DNA from: Mycoplasmatota bacterium
Lineage (GTDB): Bacteria > Bacillota_I > Bacilli_A > RF39 > UBA660
DNA: 39,783 nt
NCBI GenBank assembly: GCA_012727915.1
Contig: JAAYGD010000002.1
Coordinates: 1-39,783 of the forward strand
Direction of reading: 5' to 3'
A program made the position numbers and the translations under genes. The notes beneath the pieces were generated by a model. That model did no database searches, was not told where the DNA came from, and was given only the letters and a program-made list of their open reading frames with translations. How positions within the stretch are numbered: the first letter of the stretch is position 1; each line of letters starts with the position of its first letter. This document shows, in pieces, positions 8,751-17,685 of the stretch.

Positions 8751-10001
8751 TTAATCTTCTATACTAATTTTTGCACCAACTTCTTGAAGTTTTTCAACAA
8801 TCATTGAATAACCTCTCAAAATATGTTCAGAATTTTCTATTTCGGTTTTTCCTTTTGCAATTAATCCTGCAATCACTACACAAGCACCGCCTCTTAAATC
8901 AGTAGCTTGAACAACTTTCCCTTTTAAATTTGTTTTACCAGTTATATATGCTTTTTTATCTTCAATTCTTACTTTTGCTCCCATTCTTTCTAATTGTTCT
9001 AAATTTTTAAATCTGTTTTCATATAATGTTTCTTCAATAGAGCTTACTCCGTTACATTGTGTTAAAAAAGTTGATAATGGTTGTTGTAAATCAGTTGGAA
9101 AACCTGGGAATCCCAATGTTTTAATACTGATAGGTTTCAAATAATCAACCGAATTAATAATGCAATGATCATCTTTAACAACAATATCTACTCCAGATTC
9201 CTTAAGTTTTAATATTAATGATTCTAAATGTTCTGGAATGATATTTTCTATAACTAAATCTTTCCCTAATAATGAAGCAATAATAATATACGTTCCAGCT
9301 TCTATTCTATCAGGTATTACCTCAATAGATGCTTTCTTTAATGATTCTACACCTTCAATTATTATTATACTTGTTCCCGCTCCTCTAATCTTTGCTCCCA
9401 TATTATTTAAAAATGTTGCAATATTTACTATTTCTGGTTCCTTAGCGGCATTATTAATAGTAGTAATTCCTTCTGCCTTAACTGCAACCAACATTGTATT
9501 TACAGTAGCTCCAACACTTGGCATATCCAAATATACTTCTCCACCAATTAATTTATCAGCGAAAACCGTATATTTATTACCTTCTTCTATTACTGTTGCC
9601 CCCAAAGCTCTATAACCTTTTAATGTTTGATCTATCGGTCTAGAACCAATAGAACATCCTCCAGGAAAATACATACAAGCCTTTTTATATTTTGCTAATA
9701 ATGCCGACATAAAATAATAGGATGCCCTCAATTTCTTTGAAATTTCTTCGGGTATTTCTTTTGACTCTATTTTTGAAGGATCAATTTTTATAGTTCCGCT
9801 TCTTCCTTTTACTGTAGCTCCTAAAAAAGTTAATATCTCTTCCATAGCTTCAGTATCAGAAATTTCAGGAACATTGTTAATAGTTACTTCTTCATCACAT
9901 AATATTGCAGCAGGAATTAGAGCAACAGTACTATTCTTTGCACCACTAATTTCTATTTTTCCTTTTAATTTCTTATTTCCTTCTATAATTATTTTAGACA
10001 C
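8751..10001 (-). CDS. murA: UDP-N-acetylglucosamine 1-carboxyvinyltransferase (murAB/murZ position)
   Basis: SGAKNS, LRAS, PGGCSIGSRP, SVGAT.N, DRIEAGT, PGFPTDLQ, TDLRGG; GTG start with GGGAGG RBS. Confidence 0.96.
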   Translation of the reverse strand: MSKIIIEGNKKLKGKIEISGAKNSTVALIPAAILCDEEVTINNVPEISDTEAMEEILTFLGATVKGRSGTIKIDPSKIESKEIPEEISKKLRASYYFMSALLAKYKKACMYFPGGCSIGSRPIDQTLKGYRALGATVIEEGNKYTVFADKLIGGEVYLDMPSVGATVNTMLVAVKAEGITTINNAAKEPEIVNIATFLNNMGAKIRGAGTSIIIIEGVESLKKASIEVIPDRIEAGTYIIIASLLGKDLVIENIIPEHLESLILKLKESGVDIVVKDDHCIINSVDYLKPISIKTLGFPGFPTDLQQPLSTFLTQCNGVSSIEETLYENRFKNLEQLERMGAKVRIEDKKAYITGKTNLKGKVVQATDLRGGACVVIAGLIAKGKTEIENSEHILRGYSMIVEKLQEVGAKISIED

Positions 10002-10013
10002 AAAACCTCCCTA

Positions 10014-10862
10014 TTAAGCTTTATTTTTACTTCCAAACAAATTGATTTTTTTATCAATAACATTTTTAATTGCTTCTTCTCCAGATGATATTATTTTTCT
10101 AGGATCATATTCTGTTTTGTTTACACCAATAAAATTCCTAACAGCTTCATTCCAAGCACTTTTTAATTCAGTATCAATATTTATTTTAGAAATACCAATA
10201 TTTACTGATTCTTTTATTAAATAATCATTTACTCCAGTTCCACCATGTAAAACCAAAGGTACTTTTACTGATTCTTTAATTTTTTTCATTCTTTCGAAAT
10301 CTATATTGAGTTCTCCTTTATAAAAACCATGGACTGTTCCTAAAGCGGGCGCTAATGAAGTAACTCCAGTTTCTTCAACAAATTTTATACACTCATTAAC
10401 ATCTGCATACCTTATATTTGCGCTTATATTATCTTCTATTCCGCCAATTGACCCTACCTCTGCTTCAATAGATACATTTCTTTTTAAAGCATATTCAACA
10501 ACTTCTTTTGTAATACGAATATTTTCTTCTAATATATTTTTAGATGAATCTATCATAACCGATGTAAAACCAGCATCTATAGCTTTTTTGCATGAATCTA
10601 CACTAGTTCCATGATCTAAATGAAGTACAACTGGTATCCTTATATTTAAATCTTTTATCATAGCGTTGACTATTGAATATACTACATTGTATCCTCCCAT
10701 ATATTTTATGGCGCCTTCACTAGCACCCAATATTACGGGACTCTTTAGTTCTTCACACTTTTCTAATATATATTTAATCCATTCAAGATTAGTAATATTA
10801 AATTGAGGAATTGCATATTTTTCAATAACAGCTTTTTTAAATATTTCATTTGAATTAATCAT
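10014..10862 (-). CDS. fba: Class II fructose-bisphosphate aldolase
   Basis: HLDHG, GFTSVMIDSS, EAEVG.IGG.ED, G.VHG.Y, LVLHGG.G, YDPRK. Confidence 0.96.
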   Translation of the reverse strand: MINSNEIFKKAVIEKYAIPQFNITNLEWIKYILEKCEELKSPVILGASEGAIKYMGGYNVVYSIVNAMIKDLNIRIPVVLHLDHGTSVDSCKKAIDAGFTSVMIDSSKNILEENIRITKEVVEYALKRNVSIEAEVGSIGGIEDNISANIRYADVNECIKFVEETGVTSLAPALGTVHGFYKGELNIDFERMKKIKESVKVPLVLHGGTGVNDYLIKESVNIGISKINIDTELKSAWNEAVRNFIGVNKTEYDPRKIISSGEEAIKNVIDKKINLFGSKNKA

Positions 10863-10911
10863 CTTATTCTCCTTAATCTAATATTATTATCAATTTTATT
10901 TAATGTCAAAT

Positions 10912-10941
10912 AAAAAAAGACATCTTTTCAAAAAGATGTCT
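10912..10941 (-). terminator. Terminator after the surface-protein pair
   Basis: AGACATCTTTT..AAAAGATGTCT (10918-10941) plus T-run on the minus strand. Confidence 0.75.
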
Positions 10942-10943
10942 AA

Positions 10944-12185
10944 TTATTTGTTTAATGTTGGGTAATTACTACACAATACATTAATTTGTATATTAACTTT
11001 GTTTTGAAGCTCTGTCGCTTTTTCCATATAATTTCCTATATTAGGATCATTTATAAATGGTAATTTTTCAATTGCATATCCTAAAACAACTAACTCTTCA
11101 ATCGGATTATATTCTAGATTATCATCAACTTTTTTAGATATATTATCAATTAAACCAAAAATAAATTTATAATTATTTGGATTCTTTTTATATTCAATAA
11201 ATTTTTCTTCTACTTCTTCAAGTCTTGCTTTTGCATCTAAATCTTTTGTAAACAAATTAGATAAACCATATTCTTTACCAAGATATTTACTAAAATTTGA
11301 AATACCACTTTCTAAAGTTCCTCTTATATAATCAAATTTATTTTGTGAGCTAGATTTATCATTTAATAAATTATCTAATCCATTATTTATAAAATCATAT
11401 AAATCATTTAAACTATTTTCAGAAAACAATATATCTGTTTCAATACCTATATTATTTTCGCCTTCTTTTTTTGCTCCATCGAGCATAGCATTTCTATAAT
11501 TACTTAATATTTCTTTTTCTGAATTAAGTAGTTCTAACACCTCTTTAGTAGCTAATGGTCTCAAAGTTGGTGTTGGCGCTTGTGTTGGCAATTGTGTTGG
11601 TGTTGGTGCTTGTGTTGGTGCTTGTGTTGGTGCTTGTGTTGGTGCTTGTGTTGGCGCTTGTGTTGGCAATTGTGTTGTTTCAGTAACAACATCAACTAAC
11701 CCTGTTTGATTATTAGATAAGTTAGATACATCTTTATTTTTATTTTTATTTACCAATGTATAAGCATACAATCCAATTGCAGCCGCTGTTACTAAAGATA
11801 AAAAGATTGCTACCGCTTTCTTGTCTTTGGATTTTTGGCTATTTTTAGCATCTTTAATTTTTTGTTTATCTGCCTCTTGTCTTATTTTTATGGATTGAAG
11901 TATATTTGTATTTTCTTTGGTTGCATTAAATATGACATTGTATTTTTTATCTTCATTTGAATAAATTGTTTTAATGTATCCATTAGATTCTTCAACACTA
12001 TCAATATTTAAAACTAAAGAGTCAATAATAGGTTTCAATTCTTTTATTTTTTCTTTTCCTCTTACTACGGTTTTAATCAAATCTTTTTCTTCATATACTA
12101 CTGAACCATTATATTCCAAAGAATATAAAGCTATATAATCTCCGTATATTTTATATTTTACTATATTATTAATTTCATAATTCAT
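10944..12185 (-). CDS. Hypothetical single-pass membrane protein with Pro/Thr linker
   Basis: ~120-aa N-terminal domain, basic stretch, TM AVAIFLSLVTAAAIGLYAYTLV, PTQA repeats, C-terminal domain resembling the neighbouring ORF. Confidence 0.85.
   Translation of the reverse strand: MNYEINNIVKYKIYGDYIALYSLEYNGSVVYEEKDLIKTVVRGKEKIKELKPIIDSLVLNIDSVEESNGYIKTIYSNEDKKYNVIFNATKENTNILQSIKIRQEADKQKIKDAKNSQKSKDKKAVAIFLSLVTAAAIGLYAYTLVNKNKNKDVSNLSNNQTGLVDVVTETTQLPTQAPTQAPTQAPTQAPTQAPTPTQLPTQAPTPTLRPLATKEVLELLNSEKEILSNYRNAMLDGAKKEGENNIGIETDILFSENSLNDLYDFINNGLDNLLNDKSSSQNKFDYIRGTLESGISNFSKYLGKEYGLSNLFTKDLDAKARLEEVEEKFIEYKKNPNNYKFIFGLIDNISKKVDDNLEYNPIEELVVLGYAIEKLPFINDPNIGNYMEKATELQNKVNIQINVLCSNYPTLNK
11566..11678. 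repeat. 12-bp in-frame tandem repeat (TTGTGTTGGTGC) encoding (PTQA)n
   Basis: Directly visible; encodes TQLPTQAPTQAPTQAPTQAPTQAPTPTQLPTQAPTPT. Confidence 0.95.
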
Positions 12186-12213
12186 AAATATTACCCCCTT
12201 TTAATAAATAATA

Positions 12214-13359
12214 TTAAGCTTTCTTTTTTATTGTTTTTGCTCTAGCTTCTTCAACAATAGGATATATTGCATTATCATCTAAATCCACTATAAAGTTACC
12301 AGGCATATTAATTAAAATATTTTCGTTATTCATGTTTACTAACACGTTAGCTAAAATTTGAGTTGCTTTGCCTTGCAATTCGTTTTCAACTAAACCCGCT
12401 GGATTTAACATATCATTTCTTTGTTTTTCGCTTATATTGTTTGCAATTATGCCGTTCATTGCTTGAATTGCTTTGTTTTCAACATCGTTAATATCTCTAA
12501 TTAATCCATATAAAGACAAATATTCATCATTGTCTTCGTGTTTAATTGCATTAACTCGATTAACTAATTCATTTAATTCTTCCTCTGTGTAATCTTTTCT
12601 TTGAAACATATGAGTAGAAAATTCTGTAAATATTGTTCCGCTTTCATTATTTGCAAAAAAAACTATTTTTCTCTCATCGTTATTTTCGTCCAAATACATT
12701 ATTGATCTTCCGTCTCTTGGATTTACAGTTCCATTTTCTTTCTCTTCGTATATGTAATTCGCAGGTATTGATGCTGCTGCTCCCGCTAAAATACAAACAC
12801 TTACGATTTCTATCATAGTTGAATATGGATATCTATCAAGACCTCTAAAAGATCTAAAAATTTGATCATAAGAATCTTTATTTCCAATTAAATGAACATA
12901 TTGATATCTATCTTCTTCTCTTCTAAATAGTTCTTTTTCAGCTTTGTCAACAACATAATTAGATATTCTAAAATTTTCTTTATTATATTTACCAAAATAA
13001 TAAGCTACTCTTTCTACAAAAATAGATGCTTTTTGTGCTTCTTTGTTAATATCTTGCCAATCTAAATCATCAAAAGGATATCTTCCGTTTACTAACATAA
13101 GTGCATTATATGCAGTATCTAAATTTGCCATTACATCAGTTTCTAACCCAATATTTTCTATTCCTTCAAGAGCAGCGCCTTCCTTATAAGCATTCAAAAA
13201 AGCCACTACATCTCTAGAATATGTCCTATTTGGATAAGTAACTGTTTTTTCTTGATTAAGTGGTCTTTCACTAGCGCTTGCAGTTACTAAATTTGATGCC
13301 CCCATATTCATTAAAGTAATTAATGCCAACATTGAAGCTATTTTTTTATTTTTATTCAT
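12214..13359 (-). CDS. Hypothetical secreted protein
   Basis: Sec-like signal MNKNKKIASMLALITLMNMGASNLVTASA; shares the NA...GA..EG..NIG.ETD motif with 10944..12185. Confidence 0.85.
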   Translation of the reverse strand: MNKNKKIASMLALITLMNMGASNLVTASASERPLNQEKTVTYPNRTYSRDVVAFLNAYKEGAALEGIENIGLETDVMANLDTAYNALMLVNGRYPFDDLDWQDINKEAQKASIFVERVAYYFGKYNKENFRISNYVVDKAEKELFRREEDRYQYVHLIGNKDSYDQIFRSFRGLDRYPYSTMIEIVSVCILAGAAASIPANYIYEEKENGTVNPRDGRSIMYLDENNDERKIVFFANNESGTIFTEFSTHMFQRKDYTEEELNELVNRVNAIKHEDNDEYLSLYGLIRDINDVENKAIQAMNGIIANNISEKQRNDMLNPAGLVENELQGKATQILANVLVNMNNENILINMPGNFIVDLDDNAIYPIVEEARAKTIKKKA

Positions 13360-13391
13360 AAAATCCCCCTTTTTGAATAATTTGGTTGTTA

Positions 13392-14207
13392 TTATACATC
13401 TTTTTTATTATTTGTCAAGTTATGTATGAATATCATTCTATCTCTTCCTTGTAAATCTTTTTTTACTTCAATTTTTATATTGGTTAAATTAGCTTCTATT
13501 ATTGAAATAATATCATCTTTTTGAGAAGATCCTATTTCAAATGCAATAACAAAATCATCTTCTAAAACTTTATTAATATCTTTTAATATTTTATTATAAT
13601 AAAACAAACCATTTTCTCTTGCATATAAAGCTAAATGCGGTTCATTATTTTTAACCATTTTATCTATTTTATAAGTTCTTGCTATATAAGGCGGATTGCA
13701 TATAATAACATTAAATTTTTCTTTTTTATTTACAAATGGATCTAACAAATTTCCTTTTACGATTTTAATATCTATTTGTTTTGAATTTTCTTTTGCTACT
13801 AATAATGCTTTACTACTTATATCTGATATTGTAATATCTATATTAGGCAATTCTTTTTTTATTGTAATTCCAATACAACCCGATCCAGTACCCAAATCCA
13901 ACACTTTTACTTTGTTATTAAAATGTCTTTTAATATATTTAATTGTGTTTTCCACAAGTTCTTCGGTTTCAAATCTAGGAATAAGTACATTTTTATTTAC
14001 TTTATAGTCATATCCATAAAAATTTGTTTTTTCTAAAACATATTGTAAGGGTTCTTTTTTCAATCTTTTTATTAATCTTATTTGTTTTTTTATATCATAA
14101 TTAGATATATTTTTTATAAAATAGTTGGAATCTAAATCACTTAACCCTGTTTTTTTGCAATAAGAAAAAAGATCAATTGTTTTGTAATTTTCTTCTTTGA
14201 TCTTCAT
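13392..14207 (-). CDS. prmC: Release factor glutamine methyltransferase
   Basis: PLQY, VLIPRFETEELV, DLGTGSGCI, NPPY, FEIG, DL.G.DR; directly downstream of prfA. Confidence 0.95.
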   Translation of the reverse strand: MKIKEENYKTIDLFSYCKKTGLSDLDSNYFIKNISNYDIKKQIRLIKRLKKEPLQYVLEKTNFYGYDYKVNKNVLIPRFETEELVENTIKYIKRHFNNKVKVLDLGTGSGCIGITIKKELPNIDITISDISSKALLVAKENSKQIDIKIVKGNLLDPFVNKKEKFNVIICNPPYIARTYKIDKMVKNNEPHLALYARENGLFYYNKILKDINKVLEDDFVIAFEIGSSQKDDIISIIEANLTNIKIEVKKDLQGRDRMIFIHNLTNNKKDV

Positions 14208-15228
14208 TAATTAATCCCTCTATCAATTCATCCATTTTTCCCAACATTATTCTATCTAAGTTCATTATAGTTAGATTTATTCTATGATCAGTGACTCTGT
14301 TTTGTGGATAATTATATGTTCTTATTTTTTCTGATCTATCTCCACTTCCTATTTTATTTCTTCTTTCGTTATCTGCTTTTTCTTCTTTTTGTCTAATTGT
14401 CTCTTCATAAATCTTACTTTTTAATAATTGCAGTGCCTTTTCTTTATTTTTTATTTGGCTTCTTTCATTTTGACAAGTTACTACTATTCCAGTTGGTATA
14501 TGTGTCATTCTTACTGCACTATCTGTTGTATTTACTGATTGGCCTCCTGCACCACTCGACCTATATACATCTACTTTTATATCATTATCTTTAACCTCAA
14601 TATCAATATCTTCATGCTCTGGCAATACTATTACGGTTGCAGTTGAAGTATGAACTCTACCTTGTGCTTCTGTTTCCGGAACTCTTTGAACTCTATGCGT
14701 TCCACTTTCGTATTTTAGTTTTGAATAAGCGCCCTTACCTTTTACTATAGCTTCTATTTGAGAATATCCTCCTGATGTCCCCTTAATTTCATTTATTATT
14801 TCAATTTTCCAGTTCATCTCTTCAATATATCTAGTGTACATGTCAAAAAGGTCACCAGCAAATATATTTGCTTCATCTCCACCAGCAGCCCCTCTTATTT
14901 CCAAAATTACATTTTTTTCATCATTTGGGTCTTTTGGAACTAACATAAGTTCTAATTTTTGTTCAATTTCTTCTTTTTGTATAGTCAAATTTACGATTTC
15001 TTCTTTAGCAAACTCTTCTAAATCTTTTTCTTTAATCATTTCTTTAGCATCTTTAATAGAATTAATGATGCTTTTATAATTTCTATAAACAATAACTAAC
15101 TCTTCTAAGTCGCTTTTTTCTTTAGATATAGCTTTTAATAAATCAATATTGTTAAAAACGTTTGGATTTAGTAACTCTTTTTCCAAACTATCATATTTTT
15201 TTTCAATACCATCTAATCTATCAATCAT
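14173..15228 (-). CDS. prfA: Peptide chain release factor 1
   Basis: GGDEA, HRVQRVPETE (PxT), GAGGQSVN, RTYNYPQNRVTDHRI. Confidence 0.98.
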   Translation of the reverse strand: MIDRLDGIEKKYDSLEKELLNPNVFNNIDLLKAISKEKSDLEELVIVYRNYKSIINSIKDAKEMIKEKDLEEFAKEEIVNLTIQKEEIEQKLELMLVPKDPNDEKNVILEIRGAAGGDEANIFAGDLFDMYTRYIEEMNWKIEIINEIKGTSGGYSQIEAIVKGKGAYSKLKYESGTHRVQRVPETEAQGRVHTSTATVIVLPEHEDIDIEVKDNDIKVDVYRSSGAGGQSVNTTDSAVRMTHIPTGIVVTCQNERSQIKNKEKALQLLKSKIYEETIRQKEEKADNERRNKIGSGDRSEKIRTYNYPQNRVTDHRINLTIMNLDRIMLGKMDELIEGLINEDQRRKLQNN

Positions 15229-15238
15229 AAGACTCCTT

Positions 15239-15712
15239 TTAAATTATATCGTCTGACTCTATTTCTTCCTCATCTATTATAGTTAAATCTTCAATTTCAG
15301 ATATTTCTTCTTCATCTAATATTTCATCATCTTCATCTATTATTTCTTCTTCTATTTCTTCATCTTCTTCTGTTTCAGTTTCTTCCTCGTCATCTTCATC
15401 AATATCATAATCGTCAATTAAATCAATACCTTCTAGATCATCTAAATCGTCCTCATCTAGTATTGTTCCAACTGGATGTTTTTCCTTTAAATCCCATTTT
15501 TTATTATCTAATAAATGAAATCTTTTATCTAAATTTAAAGCAGTATAAAAATCTCCAATTACTTCTTGATATTTTTGCTCATCAAGTTGTAGTAATAAAC
15601 ATATTTCTTTAAATAATTCTAGTGTAGTTTTTGGTTCATTATCTTCTTTTATTATATTATACGCAATATCTTGATAAGTTAATTTATTTACTTCTATATC
15701 CCTTTGTTTCAT
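15239..15712 (-). CDS. rpoE: RNA polymerase delta subunit
   Basis: DIAY.I, FYT.LN.D.RF..L....W.LK plus highly acidic C-terminal tail. Confidence 0.9.
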   Translation of the reverse strand: MKQRDIEVNKLTYQDIAYNIIKEDNEPKTTLELFKEICLLLQLDEQKYQEVIGDFYTALNLDKRFHLLDNKKWDLKEKHPVGTILDEDDLDDLEGIDLIDDYDIDEDDEEETETEEDEEIEEEIIDEDDEILDEEEISEIEDLTIIDEEEIESDDII

Positions 15713-16098
15713 TGTTCCTCCTTATTGATGAATAATATTTTATATTCAAAAGTACCCATATCTAATTCTTTATTATTTAATTTATATTGAATATATATAT
15801 ATTTTTCTTTTATTTCTAATTTTAATGTGGTTACTAATAAGTCTAAATTTAATCCCAAAGATAATATTTTATAATTACATACAATTTTTTCGTTTTCTTT
15901 AAATTCTAAATTTAAATCATAATCATCGTTTTTTCTATTAATTATAATATGATTTTTTTTAATTTTTAATGTGACAGTCAAATCATCTTCTTTATAAATA
16001 TAGGTTTCATTATCTTTGTTATACTTTGCATTTGTTTCACAATTTGTTGTTTCATTTTCAGAATTAATCAATACTGTTTTTATTTTTATTTCCTTCAT
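15709..16098 (-). CDS. DUF1934/YwiB-like beta-barrel protein
   Basis: Y.Y.E...VTLKI.....I.R......L.F......Y...G.L.L...T..L......I.Y pattern; upstream of rpoE as in other Bacilli. Confidence 0.65.
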   Translation of the reverse strand: MKEIKIKTVLINSENETTNCETNAKYNKDNETYIYKEDDLTVTLKIKKNHIIINRKNDDYDLNLEFKENEKIVCNYKILSLGLNLDLLVTTLKLEIKEKYIYIQYKLNNKELDMGTFEYKILFINKEEQ

Positions 16099-16193
16099 GT
16101 GCTTCTCCTATAAAAAATTACATAGCACATTATAACATATTATATTTTAAAATAAATACTTTTTTTAATAAAAAAAATCTATTTTTTTAGATT

Positions 16194-17045
16194 TTAATTA
16201 ACATTAACTATTCTTGTAATTGTGTTAGCTTTATTGCCATTTACATCAGATACATCGTAGTACCTATAATATGTTCCTTTTGTTGAAGTATCTACTACTC
16301 CAGTTATTGTTATTCTTGCAGTAATATCGCCATCTTTATTATCAATTGCAATAGCTCCTTGTTCATTATATGTGTTACCCACAAGTAACGATATTGTACT
16401 TGCTCCAACCAAAGTTATTACTGGTTTTACATTGTCTGATTCTATAATAGTATCCTCTACAATTACCTTCCTTTTTACTTGATCTGAAGTAGAATAACTA
16501 TATATAATTTCATATTCTCCTTCAGTAGAAGTGTTGACACTTCCTGTAATATTTATTGGATCTAAATTAGAAATTGTAACATTTGTTGTATCAATAACTA
16601 CAGCTCCATATTCATAATAACTTCCGTTTACAGTTATTTTAATTTCTGAAGGTCCTTTTAATACAATAATAGGTTCTGAATTTTGTTCTCTATCATATAA
16701 TGTGTATATTTCTCCATCAATTAAATATAAAATTACATTATCAGTTTTTTCAATCGTAAGTTTAGTATTTATTATTAAATCTTTATCATCAATAAAACCT
16801 TTATCAAAAAGAGTTTGTACAGTAATTAATGCTATACTATTTGAATCTATTGTTGGTATTTCACTTTTGTAGTTTTGATAATAAATATTTGCAGATTCTT
16901 CTATCAATTTAACTTGAGAATCAGATGCAAAGCTTTTTCCATAACTCAAATCTTCATCAACAATAGATATTAATATAGTAATTAGTACTCCTAATAAAAT
17001 TAATACTCCTAAAGTTTCTATTAAAGTGAATCCTTTACTTTTCAT
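16194..17045 (-). CDS. Type IV pilin-like protein with two C-terminal Ig-like (DUF5011-type) domains
   Basis: Class III signal MKSKG|FTLIE plus hydrophobic helix; two P.I.L.G.....Y.E.GA...D.....G.V.TS..G.Y...Y repeats; start at ATG 17045 (RBS AAGGAG). Confidence 0.85.
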   Translation of the reverse strand: MKSKGFTLIETLGVLILLGVLITILISIVDEDLSYGKSFASDSQVKLIEESANIYYQNYKSEIPTIDSNSIALITVQTLFDKGFIDDKDLIINTKLTIEKTDNVILYLIDGEIYTLYDREQNSEPIIVLKGPSEIKITVNGSYYEYGAVVIDTTNVTISNLDPINITGSVNTSTEGEYEIIYSYSTSDQVKRKVIVEDTIIESDNVKPVITLVGASTISLLVGNTYNEQGAIAIDNKDGDITARITITGVVDTSTKGTYYRYYDVSDVNGNKANTITRIVNVN

Positions 17046-17061
17046 ACTTACTCCTTTTATA

Positions 17062-17658
17062 CTACATATCATCAGTTACTATAACATTTCTTTCTATTAT
17101 ATTTGAATTTTGATAAAAATACTTCAAAACATATACCCCTTCTTTAGAAGTATCTACAGTACCCGAAAATGCTGCTACATTAGAATTAGTATTTGTACCA
17201 TCAAACCCAATTGCTCCCGGATCTACATAAGGTGTTCCCAATTTTACTTTATCATTAAAAAAACCCTTTAAAGTAATAGTAGATTTATTTTTTTGATCAA
17301 TATCATAAGTAGTTTTAATGTTATTATTATAATCTAAAGTTATATAAATAACGTCATCAATAAATAACGTCTCATTATTCATAGGATTTTTTATATTTGC
17401 ACCAATATAATTATTATCAATCAAGGTTTTTAAGCTTAAATTCATAAATCCAAATCTATTTAATTCATCTAAATCTCTTATATTATCTGTTGCATATTTC
17501 TTAGCTGCTATTTCTATATTATTTACTTGAGCTTCCATTGCTTTTGTTTTAGTTTCTTTCATTTTATCACTTAAAATTGGAATTGTAATAGTAATTAATA
17601 TCATTATAATAATTAAAACCGCTAAAACCTCTATTAATGTAAATCCATTATTTTTCAT
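17062..17658 (-). CDS. Type IV pilin-like protein with one Ig-like (DUF5011-type) domain
   Basis: MKNNG|FTLIEVLAVL, IE.AAK.Y, L..LI...Y.....NP, then ITLKG...Y.DPGA...GTVDTSK.GVY...Y...R.V.V. Confidence 0.85.
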   Translation of the reverse strand: MKNNGFTLIEVLAVLIIIMILITITIPILSDKMKETKTKAMEAQVNNIEIAAKKYATDNIRDLDELNRFGFMNLSLKTLIDNNYIGANIKNPMNNETLFIDDVIYITLDYNNNIKTTYDIDQKNKSTITLKGFFNDKVKLGTPYVDPGAIGFDGTNTNSNVAAFSGTVDTSKEGVYVLKYFYQNSNIIERNVIVTDDM

Positions 17659-17685
17659 TTTTCCTCCTTTATAAAAGAAGACATA

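Noticed and set aside
15239..15460. Low-complexity D/E-rich stretch
   Set aside because: Normal acidic tail of the RNA polymerase delta subunit.
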